From a virus (taxonomy: Duplodnaviria > Caudoviricetes): 58,610 nt of DNA. The notes under the pieces were generated by a model. That model ran no database searches and was not told the origin of the DNA. It saw only the letters and a program-made list of their open reading frames with translations. The translations under genes and the position numbers were made by a program. Of this stretch, positions 35,093-43,483 are shown in pieces. How positions within the stretch are numbered: position 1 is the first letter of the stretch; each line of letters opens with the position of its first letter. The stretch covers positions 1 through 58,610 of IMG/VR virus record IMGVR_UViG_3300046007_005839; one strand, 5' to 3'.

Positions 35093-35937
35093 ACATCCAC
35101 GCAAACGTCCTTAACACCGCAGCCGCCGACAGCTTCCTCGATAACATCCGCAAGGATGTCCTCAAGATCACAGGCGATGCGCTGAAAGATAGCAGTATCC
35201 ACAACGTCGCATCATGCTATGCCACGCAAGACCCAGCGACTAAGAGAATGCTCACGGCCGCAATAACCTACGCCGAAGAGAGCCTTCAGAAATATAACGT
35301 CTTGATTGAGGGACCTTCAGGTACGGGTAAGGAGTTAGTTGCAAAGATCCTTGCCCACAAACGCAAGCCTCTAAAGGCTATGAACATGGCTGGCTTGACT
35401 GATACACTCTTTCAAAGCGAGCTCTTTGGCTACATGCCCGGTGCATTTACCGGCGCTAAATCAAGAGGCGACGTGGGCTTTCTCCGTGCAGTCGGCAAGG
35501 GCACTGCTTTCCTCGACGAGATAGGCGAGTTGCCATTGGCACATCAAGCAAAGTTGTTGCGTGTGTTGCAGGATAAAACCGTATTGCCCGTCGGGGCTGT
35601 TGATCCTGTGCCGATTCAATGTAGGTTTGTCTTTGCGACAAACAGAGATCTCCTCAAGATGGTAAAAGAGGGGAGCTTCCGAGAGGATCTTTACTTCCGA
35701 ATCAACGAACTCGGACTGAAGACTTTCTCTCTACAACAAAGAGGTGTGCAGGAAATCCGCTGTGTCGCCTCGGCGATTATCACAGAAGAAAACTGGACAC
35801 CTCTCGGCGAAAGGGAACACTTCGGCGACGAGACATTCTCCTTTGGGAATGTACGGGCGCTGAGAAACTTGCTACTCAAACGTGAACTTGGGGAACTAGA
35901 ACTACCTGAATATGAAACCTTTAACAAACTTGACTAA
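35089..35937 (+). CDS. Sigma-54 activator (bEBP AAA+ domain only)
   Basis: GPSGTGKE, SELFGYMPGAFTGA, FLDEIGE, LLRVLQ, ATNRDL, FREDLYFRI and GNVRAL. No receiver/GAF domain and no C-terminal HTH. Confidence 0.97.
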   Translation: MNIHANVLNTAAADSFLDNIRKDVLKITGDALKDSSIHNVASCYATQDPATKRMLTAAITYAEESLQKYNVLIEGPSGTGKELVAKILAHKRKPLKAMNMAGLTDTLFQSELFGYMPGAFTGAKSRGDVGFLRAVGKGTAFLDEIGELPLAHQAKLLRVLQDKTVLPVGAVDPVPIQCRFVFATNRDLLKMVKEGSFREDLYFRINELGLKTFSLQQRGVQEIRCVASAIITEENWTPLGEREHFGDETFSFGNVRALRNLLLKRELGELELPEYETFNKLD

Positions 35938-36085
35938 AGAAAAGAGACCCGTCGCTAAGATGTTTGTAGTCAGTGATGAGACACATCGTAGGCTGAAGGA
36001 GTATGCAGTTAAGAAAGGTTACAAATTGCAGTACGTTGCGGACGAAGCAATTGCAGAATATCTAAAGAGACAGGAGGGGAAATGA
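35912..36085 (+). CDS. Ribbon-helix-helix DNA-binding protein (57 aa, not in ORF track)
   Basis: KMFVVSDETHRRLKEYAVKKGYKLQYVADEAIAEYL, translated by hand. Overlaps the activator 3' end. Confidence 0.75.
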   Translation: MKPLTNLTKEKRPVAKMFVVSDETHRRLKEYAVKKGYKLQYVADEAIAEYLKRQEGK

Positions 36086-36140
36086 CTAAAGAACAAAGCC
36101 AAGGAGGCCAAGCCGTGAACCCTAACAATAAAAACTAACT

Positions 36141-36800
36141 ATGAACATATTCAATCCCTCAAATCAACAACCCCAACACGACCCAGCCGCGCTGCTCAAA
36201 CAAGCAGACAGCATTCTCAACAAGACAGAGCGCAAGCAAGGCTGGCCATACTACGACATCAAGCATGCGATTCAATTCGCGCAGTTGGTGATTAAGCTCT
36301 CTAAGATCCCTTCGAAGAAAGCCACCATCAATTCCCTAACCCTCAGACAACAACCTCAAACCATACGCGCTCGCCTCTCACAAGGCAAAGCATTCATCAA
36401 CGACAAGGGCGTCGGGGTTCTTCAAGGCACAATCGACCCTGATGATATTCCTATCGTCGATGAGCTGAAAGAAAAAGTGCACATCTCAGTGCGTAAAGTA
36501 AATCTTGTCATTGAGATTCTTGAACCAATCGAAAACATTCTCGACGCAATGACTCCGCTCTTGGGCGGCACAGACGAAGAACCCTTTACCTTCAACGAAG
36601 AAGTCTTCCGCGAAGAGATCATCTCATTCGTCAACAGTGGCGAGGTGGGAAGTCAGGCAAGCTGGCAGAATTACACAAGCAGCGCAGAGAAGTTCGCCCG
36701 GCAGCTCGCCATGCAAGACAACACAATCATCATCGAGACAACTCCCAACGAACTCATCGCGATGAAGATGAGCGAGGAGATGTTGAAAGGATTAGAATAA
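36141..36800 (+). CDS. Hypothetical protein
   Basis: 219-aa ORF with an A-rich leader. Confidence 0.75.
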   Translation: MNIFNPSNQQPQHDPAALLKQADSILNKTERKQGWPYYDIKHAIQFAQLVIKLSKIPSKKATINSLTLRQQPQTIRARLSQGKAFINDKGVGVLQGTIDPDDIPIVDELKEKVHISVRKVNLVIEILEPIENILDAMTPLLGGTDEEPFTFNEEVFREEIISFVNSGEVGSQASWQNYTSSAEKFARQLAMQDNTIIIETTPNELIAMKMSEEMLKGLE

Positions 36801-36933
36801 TGAAAGAAGAAACTAAATGGGTCATCAATCCCGAGTGGGAAAAACTTGGACCAGAACACGACATACACTTTCCATGCCTTGATCCAAACGAGTATCAAGA
36901 ATTTAACATAGGCCCCGAACCACAAAATCTACA

Positions 36934-37347
36934 GTGCAAATCTTCCTCCCATATCCCGACATCGAACAAAGCGCCCGCGTGCTCGACACCCAGCGCCTCA
37001 TGAAGCAGCGCGTCGAGTCTCTTCAAATCCTCAACACCCTGCAAGGTAAGTCAACTGGCTGGCGCAGTCATCCCGCTGTGCGCATGGTAAAGAACTATCC
37101 CGCTTGGCTCTGTCTATACTCCATCAAGATCTGCCAAGAAGCTCGCCGCCGGGGCTATCAAGATAATCTACTTCCTCATTTCGAGAAAGAGATCCTAACA
37201 TATCCTTACATCATCCAGCCTCATTGGCTCGGCTCTTATCTACACAAGACACATCAGAGTAATCTGATCCGCAAGAAAGCAGACTATTACAGACCACACT
37301 TTCCAAATGTCCCCGATAACCTGCCATACTTCTGGCCACCGCTATGA
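36934..37347 (+). CDS. Pyrimidine-dimer DNA glycosylase/endonuclease V-like (MSMEG_6728-type)
   Basis: MQIFLPY...LDTQRLMKQRVESLQI...GWRSHPAVRM...HQSNLIRK...PYFWP. Confidence 0.85.
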   Translation: MQIFLPYPDIEQSARVLDTQRLMKQRVESLQILNTLQGKSTGWRSHPAVRMVKNYPAWLCLYSIKICQEARRRGYQDNLLPHFEKEILTYPYIIQPHWLGSYLHKTHQSNLIRKKADYYRPHFPNVPDNLPYFWPPL

Positions 37348-37790
37348 AATCTCTTATGCTCTCTATAGTATTTTTCACAGCAGAAACAACACTCATCGCC
37401 CTGCAGCAAGACTTCGACGCGAAGCTTCGGGCAATCAGTCAGATCGAATCTAACGACAACGACAAAGCGAAAGGCCGCAATGGTGAACTCTCAAGATATC
37501 AACTCAAGCGCGCAGTCTGGCGCCAGCATTTCCCTTCTGAAAAAGATAGCCGCCATATTCCAACCGAAGCGCGGCGCTGTGCTAAGGCGCATCTATGCTG
37601 GCTTGAACTCAGACTTTGCCTCGCCCAGCGAAAGAACACTCCAGATCCAAGGGATGTTTACGCCGCATGGAATATCGGACTTGAAGCTTTCGCCCGGCGA
37701 GATTACGACTTTGATAGACTCCCCGCTAACATCAGAAAAAGATCGGAAAGATTTAATAACTTATACGCAGAGTTCAGAAATAATCAATGA
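37344..37790 (+). CDS. Lysozyme-like/lytic transglycosylase with hydrophobic N-terminus
   Basis: AISQIES (catalytic Glu), G---SRYQL and AAWNIG. Confidence 0.7.
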   Translation: MKSLMLSIVFFTAETTLIALQQDFDAKLRAISQIESNDNDKAKGRNGELSRYQLKRAVWRQHFPSEKDSRHIPTEARRCAKAHLCWLELRLCLAQRKNTPDPRDVYAAWNIGLEAFARRDYDFDRLPANIRKRSERFNNLYAEFRNNQ

Positions 37791-37791
37791 T

Positions 37792-38001
37792 ATGAGTGCC
37801 ACACCAAACAACGAAGGAGTTACATATGCAACCGCCAGAGAAGAAGCTAATCCTCCAAGAGAGTATTACTTCTATTGCTACAAATACAGCATGAATGGCA
37901 CATGGTTCTCGACCATGCTCTACGACAGCCCGGCAAAAGCAGCGGAAAGCATGACGGATAAAGCAATCATCCGAACAAAACTCTGCTGTGTTGTTCTATG
38001 A
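37792..38001 (+). CDS. Hypothetical protein
   Basis: 3' part of the 37480-38001 ORF. The ATG at 37792 follows the upstream stop. Confidence 0.55.
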   Translation: MSATPNNEGVTYATAREEANPPREYYFYCYKYSMNGTWFSTMLYDSPAKAAESMTDKAIIRTKLCCVVL

Positions 38002-38004
38002 CTT

Positions 38005-38226
38005 ATGAGTAACTCCTCTCTTAATGAACTCGATCTCCTTCTCGGCCTCCCTAAACCCGTCGAAGAGATGACAGACAAAGAGCTTGAGAAGTTCCTGCTC
38101 AAGCATTTCCCTCACACGCGCCCAACCGGCACCGATCTCGCTTCCCTCCTAAACGACCCTCTGCTAAAAGGCATAGACGTTCAAGCCATCATCAATCAAA
38201 CTCAAAACTTCAAGCTGAAGAAGTGA
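38005..38226 (+). CDS. Hypothetical protein
   Basis: 73-aa ORF, tightly packed with its neighbours. Confidence 0.65.
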   Translation: MSNSSLNELDLLLGLPKPVEEMTDKELEKFLLKHFPHTRPTGTDLASLLNDPLLKGIDVQAIINQTQNFKLKK

Positions 38227-38411
38227 AAGTTTCAAAGAAAAAACGCCCCGGTAATAATGCATGTAAGCCAGTCATCTGTCTTGAGACCGGCAAAGAATAT
38301 CCTTCTGCCAAAGCCGCAGCCTTATCTCTTAAAGTAAATCCAGCCGCAGTGTCTCAGCAAATCTATCGCGGCCAGAAATGCCGGGGCTTTACTTTCAAAT
38401 ATAAAAAATAA
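38223..38411 (+). CDS. Stand-alone NUMOD1-type DNA-binding protein
   Basis: KPVICLETGKEYPSAKAAA...GFTFKY. Confidence 0.75.
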   Translation: MKVSKKKRPGNNACKPVICLETGKEYPSAKAAALSLKVNPAAVSQQIYRGQKCRGFTFKYKK

Positions 38412-38415
38412 TTTT

Positions 38416-38532
38416 GAGCTACTCAGTGCGTTCTGCAAGCTGTTCTTGCAGCAGGGTTTATAGGTTTCCCCTGGGACGGCGCGCTGGGTAGCTCTTTCTT
38501 TCTCTTTCTTTTCTTTCTTTTCTTTCTTTTCC
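38416..38532 (+). ncRNA. Three-way-junction RNA element followed by a CU-rich tract
   Basis: 15-bp closing stem with two G-U pairs, two inner hairpins, then ~38 nt of pure pyrimidines. Confidence 0.5.
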
Positions 38533-38544
38533 CTAAATAATATA

Positions 38545-39471
38545 ATGAAAATAACATACAAAGACTTGCCCCATGAAGGCATTCCATCCGTTATCCCAAT
38601 CAACGCAAGCGGCCTAAAGATCTCAGCCTGTCCGCGGCGCTGGTTCTTTACAGTCTTCCTCGGCCTTAAACCCGCCGAAGATATCACCGCCTTGACTGTC
38701 GGCAAGATTATTCACAAGTTCGCAGAGAACGTAGCCTTTGACCGGAGCGGAGAGAAGTGGCAAGAAGCCTGTCTCGAAGCCTTCAAAGCCGCGAAGGAAA
38801 AGAACCTTCCCACTAAAGATCAAGATCAGATTCGGAAGGCTTTGACTGCGGCGCCTTTGTCTTCTCTCCCAATGCCCCTCAAGTTTGGCGATAATCGCGG
38901 GGCTGAGTTTCACTTCAACATCCCAGTCGTCGACCGCCCGGGCTTCGCTTATGTGGGCACCGTTGACGTTCTCTCTGCCACGCCCGCCGGGATCGTGCAG
39001 ATCACAGACTATAAGACAACGCGCAAGTACGCGTTCAAAGACGCAGTCGCAGGCTATGAAGGCGACACGCAGTTCTCTTTCTACTACTACATCTTCCAGA
39101 AGTTCGCTTATGAGATCTTCAAAGACGACATCAACTATGCAAACTCTGCATGGTATCGTCGCATGGTCATAAGGACTCTCATTGTCCAGATCTCTCTTCC
39201 TTCTCCAGCATGGCGCCTTGGTCCAGACTGGAGCTTCACTGAAGAACAACTCGCTGAGTTCGATTCGGAAGTCAAAGATCGCATCGAGACTTTCTCCAAA
39301 GACATTAACGAAGCCTTGGCCCACGATAAGCTCCCGCCGCCTAGTGGCAAAGCGTGCAATGCCTGCCCGAGCTGTCCCTTCAAGCGAATCTGCTTTGCGC
39401 AGAACGCTGTGCAGCTTGAACTCTTTTTGTCGGAGTGCTCAATAACTAAGTACGAGCCTTTGACTTGGTAA
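38545..39471 (+). CDS. PD-(D/E)XK exonuclease (RecB/Cas4-like)
   Basis: ACPRRW, G--IH, GTVD...DYKT, Q--FY, and C-terminal C--C--CPF--IC. Confidence 0.85.
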   Translation: MKITYKDLPHEGIPSVIPINASGLKISACPRRWFFTVFLGLKPAEDITALTVGKIIHKFAENVAFDRSGEKWQEACLEAFKAAKEKNLPTKDQDQIRKALTAAPLSSLPMPLKFGDNRGAEFHFNIPVVDRPGFAYVGTVDVLSATPAGIVQITDYKTTRKYAFKDAVAGYEGDTQFSFYYYIFQKFAYEIFKDDINYANSAWYRRMVIRTLIVQISLPSPAWRLGPDWSFTEEQLAEFDSEVKDRIETFSKDINEALAHDKLPPPSGKACNACPSCPFKRICFAQNAVQLELFLSECSITKYEPLTW

Positions 39472-39482
39472 AAATAAAACAT

Positions 39483-40196
39483 ATGGCAATAGAAATACTA
39501 CAGCCTCAAATGCCTCAAGCAAAACCTCAATGGCCAAAGACCCTCATCGCACTCGTTGGCCCGAGTGGCTCAGGCAAGTCTACGTCCTTCCGCAACGTCG
39601 ATCCCGCACGCACCGTTATCTTCGACGCCGAGCGAAAGGGTATGCCGTTTCGTGTGCGCTCGGAAGGACTTGTCATCCCAATCGACAGCTACGATAAGCT
39701 GACTGTCGAACTGAACAAAGTCAAGAAAGATTCTTCTAAGGACCTAGTCGTCATTGACTCAATCACCGCCGCGATTGATCAGTTACAAGTTAAGTGCGAA
39801 CAAATCTACAAAGGCTTCGATATCTGGAAGAACTACAACGACGGCATCCAGACTTTGTGCACTAACCTAAAGTCTTTAGATAAAACCGTCATCATCACCG
39901 GCCTTGAGGAGATCGTCCCGATTCAAGGTCTTGACGGCAGTATGACTACGCGCCGCCGCCTCTATGTCCAAGGTAAAGAGTGGGCAAACAAAGGCATCGA
40001 GTCTGAGTGTCTCGCCGTGTGGTCTGTCTATGCGAAGAAAGAGAAAGGATCTGATACCATTCAATACTACTTCGCCACACAGACCGATGGCGTCACGACC
40101 GCGAAGACTCCTATCTTCTGGGGCTTGCCTAATCCCATGGAGAATTGTGTTGTGAAGGCATTGAATAAGATTGCCGCTGAACTCTCTAAACCCTAA
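39483..40196 (+). CDS. AAA_24/Sak4-like ATPase recombinase
   Basis: GPSGSGKST and VVIDSIT, located between exonuclease and SSB. Start at AAACATATG. Confidence 0.8.
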   Translation: MAIEILQPQMPQAKPQWPKTLIALVGPSGSGKSTSFRNVDPARTVIFDAERKGMPFRVRSEGLVIPIDSYDKLTVELNKVKKDSSKDLVVIDSITAAIDQLQVKCEQIYKGFDIWKNYNDGIQTLCTNLKSLDKTVIITGLEEIVPIQGLDGSMTTRRRLYVQGKEWANKGIESECLAVWSVYAKKEKGSDTIQYYFATQTDGVTTAKTPIFWGLPNPMENCVVKALNKIAAELSKP

Positions 40197-40200
40197 TACT

Positions 40201-40461
40201 ATGAGCATTGAAACTATCGCACCTGTCGCATCTAACTTACCTTTCGTAGAAAAGGAACGCATCGACATTCGACTCTGCCTCACAATCAAGCGTAACCCAC
40301 AGACGGGCGAGACTAAAGCATATGTCAATCAACTAGACCTCACTAACTATGATGGTCTTGTTGATAATGTTCCTGAGTTCCTTAACGCATTTGAATTAAG
40401 GTACGGTATAAATCAAATCATATCGGCCGCAAAGAATCATCTATCAAACGTGGCCCAATAA
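40201..40461 (+). CDS. Hypothetical protein
   Basis: 86 aa from the ATG at 40201. Confidence 0.6.
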   Translation: MSIETIAPVASNLPFVEKERIDIRLCLTIKRNPQTGETKAYVNQLDLTNYDGLVDNVPEFLNAFELRYGINQIISAAKNHLSNVAQ

Positions 40462-40514
40462 AAGCTCCCTCCCATTTGTCGGTGCTAGTAAACAAAACAA
40501 AAAACAAAACAAAA

Positions 40515-41030
40515 ATGAAAAAAGGTACTGAAGTCAAGATCGGTTTCATCCCCGCAAACGTCTATAAGGTTCTGGTCCACAAGACCGAGACTCGGCAGAG
40601 CGCAAAGGGTTTCAAGATGGTTGTCTGTGAGTGCGAGATCATTGCGCCCGAGACCACTGTGGCCGCTGGCGTGACCTATAAGACGCTGGGCGCAAAGGGC
40701 AACATGTACATCATGCTGGAGAACAAGAACGGCGTTGACTCTGCGCTGGAGATTCTTGCCGGTGCGCTGCAGACTGTCGGCCTGTATGACGGATTGCCCG
40801 ACGACTATTCCGACTTGGATGTGGCCGACGCGTTGAAGTCTCTCGAAGGTCAGGCTTTCAACATGCTCGTCCAGTCGCAGCCTGAGTATGTCACCGACGA
40901 CCCATCGAACTCCCGCGATCTCAAGTTCGCCAAGCGCGATGAGAACGGCGAGGCTATCGTCAAGCGATACAACAGCCAGTTTGACTTCTCTCAAGTCAAA
41001 GGCCCCGCGTCGCCCTTGGCCGCCTTTTAA
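40515..41030 (+). CDS. Putative single-stranded DNA-binding protein (DUF669-like)
   Basis: IPANVYKVLV...SAKGFKMV pattern, strong codon bias, C-terminal Phe, and position next to a Sak4-like gene. Confidence 0.65.
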   Translation: MKKGTEVKIGFIPANVYKVLVHKTETRQSAKGFKMVVCECEIIAPETTVAAGVTYKTLGAKGNMYIMLENKNGVDSALEILAGALQTVGLYDGLPDDYSDLDVADALKSLEGQAFNMLVQSQPEYVTDDPSNSRDLKFAKRDENGEAIVKRYNSQFDFSQVKGPASPLAAF

Positions 41031-41069
41031 GTCTCAGCGATAGAGTGGTTGCTATCACAGAGACACGCG

Positions 41070-41109
41070 CCTCTTAGAAAGACTGCGAGACTTTCTAAGA
41101 GGTTTCTTT
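41070..41109 (+). terminator. Terminator-like hairpin 1
   Basis: CCTCTTAGAAAG-N9-CTTTCTAAGAGG followed by TTTCTTT. Confidence 0.65.
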
Positions 41110-41136
41110 CCTCAGACATATCCCCATCGCACCGCT

Positions 41137-41167
41137 GGCAGACCGGAAATAGTCTGCCTTTTCTTTT
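41137..41167 (+). terminator. Terminator-like hairpin 2
   Basis: GGCAGAC-N8-GTCTGCC followed by TTTTCTTTT. Confidence 0.7.
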
Positions 41168-41187
41168 CTCTTTAATTAACCATCAAC

Positions 41188-42618
41188 ATGATAGCCCTCG
41201 TTCTCCATGGACCTTCGCGATTTGATAAAGAAAACAACGGTATCCTTCTCGGACCCGCCGGAGATTTTGTTCGTTCTGTGTTGGCTAATTATAATATTGA
41301 CTTGGATAATCCATCTGATCTTTTTATAACATTCGCAGATGATTTTTTCAAAGGAGCCAATAAGCCAAGCGGCATCAAGAAGATAATCTTCGCCGGGGCC
41401 AAAGCCTTAGATTATCTCCCGCTTGCGAAAGGTAAATCTCTCGATGCTTTTCGCGGCGTCGTCTATCTCTCTCCAAACAAAACACAATACATAGTAACCT
41501 ATTGGCCCCAAGATTGTGTGGACGCGTGGGCTATGGAAGATTCTTTGGAAGATGCCTTAGAAGGCGAAGACATCCTAGATAAGGATGATGGAAAAAGCAC
41601 AAGCCCCACGAAGCGCAGTAACTACTCTTTCTGGTTCGCACAAGACATCAAGAAACTCCTAACTTATGACCCCGAAAAAGTTCAACCTGAACCCCAAACC
41701 GTCATCTGTCAACGCGCCGCCGAATGCACAAGTGTCTTCGACTTCGAAGGTCCAATCTTCTTCGACATTGAGACCCATCCAAAGACCAACACACTCACCT
41801 GCTTGGCCATTGCGTGTGGCGAGAGTCCTGTCTATTCTGTTCCTGTGTATGATTGGGGCGGCAATCTTAATGTCGGTGTGGTTTTCTTTGCTCGCTTCAT
41901 TAGAGAACTAAAGAAACGCCGTGTCGTAATCCACAACGCCCTCTTCGACCTATGCTTCCTCGCCGCCTTCTACAAGATCCCTTTCGGCCATGACATCTAT
42001 GACACCATGGTCGCAGGCCATCGAATCTTTCCGGAGGCTGAGAAGTCTCTGGCCCATCAAGCCACTCTTTACAGCAACAGACCCTTCCATAAAGATGAAG
42101 CAGGAAACTTTGATCCTCGCAATCGAGCACAATTTGAGCAGCTCCGCGCTTACAACGTTAAAGACGTTATTGTCCTCCGAGAAATTTACTATGGTCAAAT
42201 TAACCTCATCCGAAACGACGCTGGACTTCAAGACTCTGTCGATCAAGCCAGTCGATCTCTCGCAGACTACGCCTTCATGTCCCTCCACGGAATGCACTTC
42301 GATCCTGTCAAGCGCGGATACATCGTACGACGCTGCGAAGAACGCTATAAGCAGTTAAATAGAATCCTCAAAATCCTCGTCGGCTTCGACCTTAATCCCG
42401 GCAGCCCGGATCAGGTCGTGAAGTATCTGCATCAGCAGTTAAGATACAAGCCCGAGAAAACAACAGACAAAGGCGCGCCGAGTGTCGCCGGGGATGCGCT
42501 TTATAAGATCAAACTCAAGCATCCGAAGAACGTCGCCATCGACGTAATCTTCGAGATGCGTCGTATGGTTAAGCTGAAAGGTATGTTAGGATTTCAACAG
42601 TGGATTTGGGAATATTAA
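41188..42618 (+). CDS. DNA polymerase A, N-terminal part (UDG-like domain, 3'-5' exonuclease, thumb)
   Basis: LHGPSRFD...LGPAG...AGAKA...RG...TYWP (UDG family-4-like), FDIET (ExoI), HNALFD (ExoII), YNVKD (ExoIII), LNPGSPDQV (thumb). Confidence 0.85.
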   Translation: MIALVLHGPSRFDKENNGILLGPAGDFVRSVLANYNIDLDNPSDLFITFADDFFKGANKPSGIKKIIFAGAKALDYLPLAKGKSLDAFRGVVYLSPNKTQYIVTYWPQDCVDAWAMEDSLEDALEGEDILDKDDGKSTSPTKRSNYSFWFAQDIKKLLTYDPEKVQPEPQTVICQRAAECTSVFDFEGPIFFDIETHPKTNTLTCLAIACGESPVYSVPVYDWGGNLNVGVVFFARFIRELKKRRVVIHNALFDLCFLAAFYKIPFGHDIYDTMVAGHRIFPEAEKSLAHQATLYSNRPFHKDEAGNFDPRNRAQFEQLRAYNVKDVIVLREIYYGQINLIRNDAGLQDSVDQASRSLADYAFMSLHGMHFDPVKRGYIVRRCEERYKQLNRILKILVGFDLNPGSPDQVVKYLHQQLRYKPEKTTDKGAPSVAGDALYKIKLKHPKNVAIDVIFEMRRMVKLKGMLGFQQWIWEY

Positions 42619-42622
42619 GTTT

Positions 42623-43471
42623 ATGACAAAAGATACAAAAGAAAAAGACCCACAAATCGCCGCATCCTTTATGCGCGCTGGGATTTATGACGCCTCGAAG
42701 TTCGGCCACGTGGTCTCGATGCCCAAGCTGAATGGCCTGAGGTGCATGTACATTCCCGGTCAAGGGTTTTATTCAAGAGATGGCAAGCGGTGGAATGATG
42801 CTGTCTTGGAAGGTATCTTTCCGCCGCCGCTTAACGACTATATTATCGACGGCGAGCTATACTGCCATGGCATGAGCCTGCAGAAGATCAATGCCGCCGT
42901 GGGCGTAAATCGCATTCTGCCCGGCGAGGACGCAAAGCATATCAGTTTCTATGCGTTCGATATTGTAGAGCCGAAGTACAATGCTCTTACGAGAATGCTC
43001 TTGCTTGAGAAGATCATCAAGGAATCTACTGGCGTCGGCGTAGAAATGATTCCGTGGTCTATTTGCAAGACTCGCATTGAACTCGACGAGTGTTACGAAG
43101 AATATCTCAAGCAACAATTCGAAGGCCAAATGCTCAAGAGCGTCTTCGGTTCGTATATGCCTCAAGGCACAAAGGAACGCTCGACGATGAATCTCCAGAA
43201 GCGCAAAGCCTTCCTCGACGACGAGTTCCAGTGCATTGGGCGCGTCGTCTCTGACGAAGGCAAGTGCAAAGGCAAACTAGGCGCGCTTAAGTTCATCACC
43301 AACAGAGGCGTAAGCTTTGAAGTAGGCACAGGCTTCACCGACGAAGAGCGTGAGGAATTCATTACCCCAAATTATCACTTCCAAAAGAAAGCAACAATCA
43401 AATATCTAAACCTCACCGACGACGGTCGCCCGTTCAATGCGTCGTTTGTCGGATGGCGCGATGACGTTTAA
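42623..43471 (+). CDS. ATP-dependent DNA ligase
   Basis: PKLNGLRC, IDGELY, YAFDI, EGQMLK and OB-fold VGTGFTDEER. Confidence 0.9.
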   Translation: MTKDTKEKDPQIAASFMRAGIYDASKFGHVVSMPKLNGLRCMYIPGQGFYSRDGKRWNDAVLEGIFPPPLNDYIIDGELYCHGMSLQKINAAVGVNRILPGEDAKHISFYAFDIVEPKYNALTRMLLLEKIIKESTGVGVEMIPWSICKTRIELDECYEEYLKQQFEGQMLKSVFGSYMPQGTKERSTMNLQKRKAFLDDEFQCIGRVVSDEGKCKGKLGALKFITNRGVSFEVGTGFTDEEREEFITPNYHFQKKATIKYLNLTDDGRPFNASFVGWRDDV

Positions 43472-43483
43472 TCTCCCAAAAAT

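Noticed and set aside
35912-35937. Programmed frameshift fusing the activator to the RHH domain
   Set aside because: The RHH ORF has its own ATG and there is no convincing slippery site. A simple gene overlap is sufficient.
41135-41152. CTGGCAGAC... as a sigma-54 promoter for polA
   Set aside because: No GC at the required spacing, and the sequence is the 5' arm of a terminator hairpin.
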